From NCBI RefSeq assembly GCF_038025025.1, contig NW_027117338.1, forward strand, positions 3,396,145-3,416,144: a stretch of 20,000 nt of DNA. Reading direction: 5' to 3'. Below the pieces are notes generated by a model. It saw only the letters and a program-made list of their open reading frames with translations, ran no database searches and had not been told where the DNA came from. Origin of the DNA: Phyllosticta citribraziliensis (taxonomy: Eukaryota). Below are positions 13,417 to 20,000 of the stretch, one piece after another; position 1 is the stretch's first letter, and each line of letters starts with the position of its first letter. The position numbers and the translations under genes were made by a program.

Positions 13417-13624
13417 CTGTCTTGATTGCCAAAGTCAGCAAGGCTCTTGCGAAGAGATGCGCGTGTTGAGAAGATGATAGTTGATCAGATACCGTTGTAG
13501 TCTAATACAAAGAGACCATCATCGGAGGCAGCAAAAGTCAGTGCGCCTCCTTTGTGGAAACAAAGGTTGTCATCATGCAGTGAGGTGTATGGTTTCGGGC
13601 AGAGGGAAGTTACGTTTGACTCAC
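13417..13624 (-). other. 5'-UTR intron of SEN2 (208 nt) hosting a snoRNA
   Basis: Donor GTGAGT at 13624-13619, branch GCTGAC at 13439-13434, acceptor CAG ending at 13417, 35 nt upstream of the SEN2 ATG. About four times longer than the typical intron in this window. Confidence 0.75.
13482..13580 (-). ncRNA. snR79: Box C/D snoRNA, snR79-like (predicted guide for 18S rRNA 2'-O-methylation, yeast Cm1007 equivalent)
   Basis: C box ATGATGA (13576-13570), D' CTGA (13541-13538), C'-like GATGATG (13523-13517), D box CTGA (13488-13485). The guide AGACTACAACGGTAT next to D is complementary, with one mismatch, to the conserved 18S segment AUACCGUCGUAGUCU as recalled. The D+5 rule points to the second C. 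Confidence 0.88.
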
Positions 13625-14040
13625 CGGCTTCAGGGTATGAGCGGATCTGACGACTGGAGCTGTGGGTTGATCGAGTGAGCGTGTGAGTGGGTGTCAATTG
13701 GGCGTCGCGCAGGACGAGCAAGAGGGTAGAATCATCACATGGTGGGATGGTGTTGGAGGGTCGAGGTCGGGGTTGAAAAGTGCGGGCGGAGAAAAATGGC
13801 AGCCGCTGGGTGTGGCCTCCGGGGTTCTGCCGCCCGCCTAGCTGACGTCGGCGGTGGCCCCCGCCGTGGACCGGGAGCATTCCATTGGTTCCTCACCATC
13901 TACACACCATCAACCATCCACAAACTCACGTCACGTCCTCTTTCTTTTTGCTTCATTGGTGTTGTGCGTCTTGGGAGCATCTGTCATTCGGATTCATGAT
14001 TTTGTTCTCTTGCTGTCAACTCAATCCTTCAACGCGACTT

Positions 14041-14238
14041 CGGACGAGAACACCACGACAGGCGTATCTACGCTGTACGAGAACTCGGGCACTGCGGCGG
14101 CACACACTAGGAAGCATTCAGTCACCACTACGAATAAGGCCAGGGAGCTGTTATTCGTCATCGCCGTCGCGCTCAAGGAGCTTTCGTTCCCCAACACAGC
14201 CGCGTCCTGGGAGCTTTCATTCGCTATTAGGCATAGAC
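14041..14238 (+). repeat. Degenerate tandem array of six 33-nt units
   Basis: GGAGCT at 14144, 14177 and 14210, GAAGCA at 14111, and CGAGAAC at 14045 and 14078, all on an exact 33-nt spacing. The 33-mers starting at 14144 and 14177 match at 20/33 positions by hand count. Confidence 0.65.
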
Positions 14239-14372
14239 CGTAGTCCCTTGCTTTTTTTCTGCAGGACGCTGTCGCACAATATCCTCACAGAACCCTCAAA
14301 ATCCATCCAGTCCAAAAACGACTCTTTCATCTCTTCCTTTGGAATACCGCCTTGTTTCACGCGCGTCTCGAC

Positions 14373-15797
14373 ATGGCTGCTCCCTGTACGCTTGCCCGGG
14401 CCGTGCCCCAGATCTCGAGGCCGAATAGAGCGAGAGCTTTCAGCATTTCCTCGTCCACACAAGCCAGGAAGTCTCAGGCTCAAGCTACACCCAGGGCTTC
14501 ACCACCCAGGATCCCCCCAAAAGCCCTGGAGTACCGAAATGCCTCCCGCCAAAGGATCATCGCAAAGAAGGACCCAAAGCAACGTTCTCCAATGGACGCC
14601 GCCTCTGCACTAATCCGCAAAAGAGCTGCACGCCCAGATGTCAATCTTCTCGCCCCAGTCCATACTCCAGAGGATCCTCATGGTCTCCTAAAGCCCAACC
14701 ACCCGGCAGCCTCAATTCTGCAAAACTCATCTATCATTGTGCAGCGCCAGATGGAGATTATGAACGTCTTGATCGGATTCGAACAAGCCAACCGATACGT
14801 CATATTGGACCCCCAAGGAAAGCACATTGGGTATCTGGTCGAGCATGATGGCGGCATCGGGGAGCAATTCTCAAGACAAACTTTTAGGACTCATCGCGCC
14901 TTTACAACTCATGTCTTCGACGCGCGGGAGCGGGAAGTCCTCCGCTTTCATCGCCCATTCAGCTGGTTGAACTCCACTATTGGCGTTTACGACCCCTTCG
15001 ATGCCGCGAAACCACAACCTACTCCGGAGGAACTGAGCAAAGGATTGTCTGACGCCTCCACGATGCCATTGGTTGGAGCCACCCAGCAGCAGTGGGCGCC
15101 ACTCCGCCGCAAGTACCAAATGTTCACAACGATTCCTCGACATCTCACCGAGTCAAAGACCATGTCACCATTGTCACCAGCGCTCGACCTGCCCGATGAC
15201 CTGAAGTTCCGGGAACGCAAATCGCATTCACTTTCGCGGTTCGCCTACGTCAACGAGGGGGCATTTTCTTGGGACTTTACACTACGAGACAACGATGACA
15301 ACACCGTTGGCTCAGTCAATCGCGCTTGGCGCGGCGCGGCACGAGAAATCTTGACCGACACGGGTGTATATGCGCTCCGCATGGACTCTGTCGCCGAACA
15401 CCAACAGCCTCAAGAGGAACCCGTGGGTATGACCCTCGACGAACGCGCCGTCATGCTTGCCACGGCCGTGAGTATAGACTTTGACTACTTCAGCCGCCAC
15501 AGCAGCACGTTCGGATTCATTCCAATTCCCATCTGGATACCTGGAATCGGAGGAGAAGCCGTCGCAGGCGGAGCGGGTGTTGGTCTGGGCGGCCTTGAAG
15601 CTACTGAGGGCGCCATCGGAGCCGCGGGAGCTGCGGGTGCAATGTCTGCTTTCCGTCGCCAACATCCACAGCCTGGGGATGGCGAGGATTGGGGAAAGGA
15701 AGACCCTTGGGACAAGGGTAGTGGTGGCGGCGACGGCGGAGTCAGCGGTGGTGATGGCGGTGGTGATGGAGGCTTCGACATTGGAGATTTCTTCTGA
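14373..15797 (+). CDS. AIM25: Phospholipid scramblase family protein (Aim25-like), ~474 aa, probable mitochondrial presequence
   Basis: IVQRQMEIMNVLIGFEQANRY, RTHRAFTTHVFD, QQQWAPLRRKY, REILTDTGVYALRMD and LDERAVMLATAVSIDFDYFSRHS. Arg/Ser-rich N-terminus lacking acidic residues (RARAFSISSS). Confidence 0.9.
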   Translation: MAAPCTLARAVPQISRPNRARAFSISSSTQARKSQAQATPRASPPRIPPKALEYRNASRQRIIAKKDPKQRSPMDAASALIRKRAARPDVNLLAPVHTPEDPHGLLKPNHPAASILQNSSIIVQRQMEIMNVLIGFEQANRYVILDPQGKHIGYLVEHDGGIGEQFSRQTFRTHRAFTTHVFDAREREVLRFHRPFSWLNSTIGVYDPFDAAKPQPTPEELSKGLSDASTMPLVGATQQQWAPLRRKYQMFTTIPRHLTESKTMSPLSPALDLPDDLKFRERKSHSLSRFAYVNEGAFSWDFTLRDNDDNTVGSVNRAWRGAAREILTDTGVYALRMDSVAEHQQPQEEPVGMTLDERAVMLATAVSIDFDYFSRHSSTFGFIPIPIWIPGIGGEAVAGGAGVGLGGLEATEGAIGAAGAAGAMSAFRRQHPQPGDGEDWGKEDPWDKGSGGGDGGVSGGDGGGDGGFDIGDFF

Positions 15798-16518
15798 ACT
15801 GGATCTGGCCTTTTGCTCCCACGGACCGTGTCGATGTCCGGGTCTATTACTCGCACAAAATGAGGATCATGTACGCGTAGCACAGAAGTCCTGTGGAAAT
15901 CATGGCCGCTGCAATTATGTTCACGTCATCATCCTTTGTGCATCTTGGACTACCGTGCCGGCTCGACACCGTCCGTCCTCGTCCCTCTTCAATCGCTATT
16001 GTCTCTGGCTTTCAACACCAAGGTCAAACTTGGAAGCGGAATGGAGGCTTTTCGGAGGACCCATGATATCCGATCCCACTCGGTTTTGGATGCGTCTAAT
16101 TCAGGCCCTCGCGCTTATACCCTCGCGTCCCAAAGCCCTGAATGCCAAACCGGAGGGCGAATGATCGCCTGGCAGTCGCGCGCTTGACACCACCGCTGCA
16201 CTGCGGCTGCACCAAGGGAGCTTCACCACTCCTTTCCACGCTCGGTATTCTAGGAGAGCTTTGTCTTGAAATCAAGCAGGGGGCAAGGCAAGATCACTCG
16301 TGACGAGATTGCTGGACCGGCTTTTCATGCATGTAAGAGCAGGGATAACGCAAGGCTCTGCGTCAGCAGAACCTCAGCCTCATGAGAGGCAACAAGTGAG
16401 ATAAGTTTATCCTGAAGCCTATTCTCTTTGACGACCGTCATCCAAATCGAGGAGCAAGTTTCTGCGGCTTTCCCAGCGCCAGAATTTGTCGATCGTCGTT
16501 TGCTCAAAACCTCGCAAA

Positions 16519-19500
16519 ATGTCGGATCCTTCCACCTATACCGTCGGCTGGATTTGCGCCATCACGACGGAAAGCATCGCAGCACGCCAATTCCTCGATG
16601 AAGAGCATGATCCCCCTGGTCATGTTTCTCACCACGACAACAATACATACACGCTTGGTCGCATTGGCAGACACCGAGTCGTCATCGCCGTGCTGCCGCA
16701 TGGCGAGTACGGCATCACCAATGCCGCCGGCGTTGCCAGAGACATGCTGCACAGCTTTCCAAACGTGAGAATCGGCCTCATGGTTGGGATTGGAGGCGGT
16801 GCTCCCAGCAGCAAAAATGACATCAGGCTGGGCGACGTGGCAGTCAGCTCCCCCGGCGGTGGGCAGGGCGGAATTTTGCAATACGACTATGGCAGAGCAA
16901 TACAGGGGCTTGACTTCCAACACTCTGGTTTTCTTAACCAACCACAAATGCTCTTGCTTACGGCTGTCGCTGATCTCCGAGGCCGTCACCTCTCTGATGG
17001 GAACCAAATTCATGAACATATCGAAGCCATTCTTGCCAACAAGAAAAGACTGAAGCGACTGGGGTTTCAAAGACCGGACTTGAGCTCTGATCGACTGTTC
17101 TTATCTGATTATACACATAAGGATTCCGACAAGAGTTGCGATGAATGTTGTCTTACGGACGGCGACAAGGTGCAGGAGAACGATTCGCCCCAAACGCTGG
17201 TGAAGCGAAGCGAACGGACCGAAGACGACGACAACCCAGAAGTCCATTATGGGCTTATCGCGTCGGCCAATACGCTCATGAAAAACGCAGAAGTCCGTGA
17301 CTCCTTTGCGACTGTTCACGGCGTTCTCTGCTTCGAGATGGAAGCGGCAGGATTGATGAATCACTTCCCTTGTTTGATCATCCGAGGAATCTGCGATTAC
17401 TCTGACACCCACAAGAACAAAGCCTGGCAAGGTTACGCTGCCATGGCCGCAGCGGCGTACGCAAAGGATCTCCTTGGTCGAATCGCGCCTCAACGAGTTG
17501 AGGCAGAGCCAAAACTGAGCGAGGCACTTTCTTCTAGTTAGTTTTGGACCCATTTGCTGTTCAGACAACCTAGGCTGATATTTGTCAAGTACAAGAGGAG
17601 ATCAACACCGTCGGAAACATTACTCGAGACATGAGTGTTTCGATCCAGAAAACTCACGCAGAAATTCATCATGATAAAATTCTTTCGTGGCTATCTGCAC
17701 CAGACCCTTCGACTAACTACCGTAAAGCTTTGAAACAGCGACATCCGGGTTCCGGCCAATGGTTCATCCAGAGTCCCACTTACTCGGAATGGAAGACAGC
17801 GCCGAAGTCTTTTTTGTGGCTACATGGCATTCCCGGGTGTGGAAAGACGATCCTCAGCTCGACTATCATTGAAGACTTGCAAGTAACAAACACTTTGGGA
17901 AAGCCCTTATACTTTTTCTTCGACTTCACCGAGAACCAGAAGCAGGGACTTGAGAACACGGTCCGCTCGCTCATTTATCAACTATACAGAGAATCGAAGG
18001 ATGTTCGGGAGCATTTGGATCACCTGCACCCTGATTGCAATGGAGGGAAACAACCCTCCACCGACTCGCTTTCTGTGGCACTTCTGAACATGGTCTGTGC
18101 AATAGGCGAAGTATGGATCGTACTTGACGCGCTCGACGAATGTGGCACGAGAGCGCAACGTCCGAATGGAGGTTTATGTGCGTGGATTGCGGCGCTCCAG
18201 AGCGCTCCCCAGGCGAACGTTCACCTTCTCGTCACAAGCCGGCCGGAGCATGACATCCAAACGTTTATCGAAAGGCATGCTCAACAGCAGGTCGTCATCC
18301 GCATTCAGAGCGAATTGATCACCGACGACATTCGCGCTTACGTCCGCGGGAGAGTCAGACAACACGATGGCCTTCGCAGGTGGTGGTCGCGGCCAAGAAT
18401 TCAGGACGAGATCGAGACCGCTCTCCTCCAAAAGGCGGATGGGATGTTTCGTTGGGTCTCATGTCAACTTGATGCCATCGAAGAATGCCGTGATCCCCTT
18501 ACGCTCCGCGAAGCGCTCAAATCACTCCCAGCGACGTTGGACGACACGTACGCGCGCATTTTAAAAACGATCCCTGCCGAAATCAAGAGACCCGCTATCA
18601 GGATCTTGCAGTTTTTGACTTTCTCCAACCGCCCTTTACGAATCGAGGAAGTTGTTGATGCGATTGCTGTTGAAGTCAACCAAAAGCCTCGGTTTGACAC
18701 AGAGAACAGAATGCCAGTTCCGGAAGAGGTTGCCGGATACTGCTCCAGCTTAGTCGCTGTAGTGAAAAAACATTATGGCCGTGACGAGAGAATTCGGACT
18801 GAGGTCCAGCTCGCACATTTCTCTGTGAAAGAGTACCTCACTTCTCCCCGTCTCGACAAGGACATCGCGCCCGACTTGAATGAGCACGTCTCCAGAGCTA
18901 CCATAGCGGAGGTTTGTCTTGCGTACTGGCTGGGAATGGCTGAGGACCTTTCGGAAGAACAAATCGGCCAGTTCCTTCGAAGAGCACACCAAAACGACCG
19001 TCACTGGGCAGCGAGAATTCGTCAAGTTGCTGAGATGGAGGACGTTCCAAAACAATTTCAGCGAGAACAGATAAGCGGACTCCGACAACAAGCTGTCAAT
19101 GCTCTTGTAGCAGACCAGAAGAACATCGAAGAGTGTTTCCCATTGGCACGGTATGCTGCTCGGCATTGGGCAAGTCACGCACTAGTGGCAGAAACCTCAA
19201 GCGAAGAAGTTCGGAGACTTGCCACAGATTTCTTTTCATCGGAGCATTGCTATGAAACATGCTATCGGCAATTCGCCCCAGACGACCCTTGGAGTCACAG
19301 AGAAGACCACTACCAAGAGCCTGGACCAGCCTTGTACCATGCATCACTGAGTGGGCTGGTCAGTGCGGTTGAAGTCTTGATCGACAAGGGCGCAGAGGTT
19401 AATGGCCACGGAGGATATTTTGGGAATGCTCTCCAGGCTGCTTCGTGGGCAGGGCACACGCGGGTGATTCGCACTTTGTTGGAAAATGGCGCGAGAATCA

Positions 19501-19787
19501 ATGCCTTGGGCGGAAAATATGGAACTGCTCTTCAGGCTGCTTCGTTTGCTGGCCGCGATCAAGTCGTCAGAATGTTGCTCGACGAAGGAGCTGACATCAG
19601 AGCTCTCGGTGGAGCATGCAACGGCTTCGATGTGATTTCGGGTGTCGAAAGAGCACAAGGTGCAGCTTCTGTGCGTGACAGAATAGCAAGAGGTTTCCAG
19701 TCAGTCGGAAAGCCGCACCTGACCTCTGCTCAAAGGAAATCTTTGGAGCGGCTTAGATCCAAAAAAGCGGACCATAAAAACTGCTAA
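16519..19787 (+). CDS. Fungal NLR-like protein, PNP_UDP (nucleoside phosphorylase) - NACHT - ankyrin, ~1071 aa. Exons 16519-17536, 17590-19787
   Basis: YTVGWICA, GLMVGIGGG, LCFEMEAAG and IRGICDYSDTHKNKAWQGYAA (PNP_UDP); Walker A GIPGCGKT (17826-17849), Walker B WIVLDALDE, LLVTSR, ADGMFRWV, LAHFSVKEYL; three ankyrin repeats. The 53-nt intron 17537-17589 (GTTAGT..GCTGAT..AAG) fuses the two ORFs in frame. Confidence 0.92.
19323..19619 (+). repeat. Three 99-nt (33-aa) ankyrin repeats
   Basis: GPALYHAS..KGAEVN, GNALQAAS..NGARIN, GTALQAAS..EGADIR. Confidence 0.9.
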
Positions 19788-19891
19788 GACGCATGGTGTG
19801 GCTATCTTTAAATCCCGATGTGTATGAACGGCGCCCAAGCCAGGATATCCTCGCTCTTTTTCCGCCTTCGGACGAACTTCTGCGCCCTCAG

Positions 19892-20000
19892 CTAGGGTTA
19901 GGGTTAGGGTTAGGGTTAGGGTTAGGGTTAGGGTTAGGGTTAGGGTTAGGGTTAGGGTTAGGGTTAGGGTTAGGGTTAGGGTTAGGGTTAGGGTTAGGGT
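19892..20000 (+). repeat. Telomeric repeat (TTAGGG)n, right chromosome end
   Basis: One CTAGGG variant (19892-19897), then 17 perfect TTAGGG units running to the end of the window with the G-rich strand pointing outward. Confidence 0.97.

Noticed and set aside
13481..13504. Plus-strand match to 18S rRNA (gatcagataccgt.gtagtct) as an rRNA fragment
   Set aside because: Only ~20 nt long, and explained as the antisense guide plus D box of the minus-strand snoRNA.
13628..13738. Second C/D snoRNA (GTGATGA ... CTGA) upstream of the snR79-like RNA
   Set aside because: No rRNA-complementary guide I can recognise, no clear internal boxes, and the CTGA lies in the presumed exon.
14130..14158. 8-bp inverted repeat ACGAATAA/TTATTCGT
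   Set aside because: A stem this short is expected by chance in 20 kb and has no supporting RNA motif.
14041..14238. 33-nt array as a CRISPR-like repeat-spacer array
   Set aside because: Eukaryotic context, degenerate heads of only ~13 nt, partly similar tails and no cas genes.
15800..16500. Telomerase RNA, telomere-linked helicase or transposon remnants near the end
   Set aside because: No TAACCCTAA template outside the telomere, and no helicase, transposase or terminal-repeat signatures seen.

Overview
Gene-dense right end of a chromosome from a filamentous ascomycete (Pezizomycotina-type genes, mostly 46-62 nt GT-AG introns with CTRAY-like branch sites), ending in a (TTAGGG)n telomere. 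In order: calcineurin catalytic subunit (-, 3' end outside the window), flavin-containing monooxygenase (-), periplasmic-binding-protein-like II gene (+), RRP15 (-), SRP54 (+), a frameshifted and catalytically degenerate SRPK-like kinase (-), an unexplained 1.6 kb stretch, SEN2 (-), an AIM25-like scramblase (+) and a PNP_UDP-NACHT-ankyrin NLR-like gene (+) whose stop lies about 105 bp from the telomere. Features the ORF track misses: a snR79-like box C/D snoRNA inside a 5'-UTR intron of SEN2; a degenerate six-unit 33-nt array upstream of the scramblase whose variation is synonymous in one frame; and an intron at the NLR effector/NACHT boundary whose retention would give an effector-only protein. 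All calls come from reading the sequence by eye. No searches were run, so family names rest on recalled motifs.
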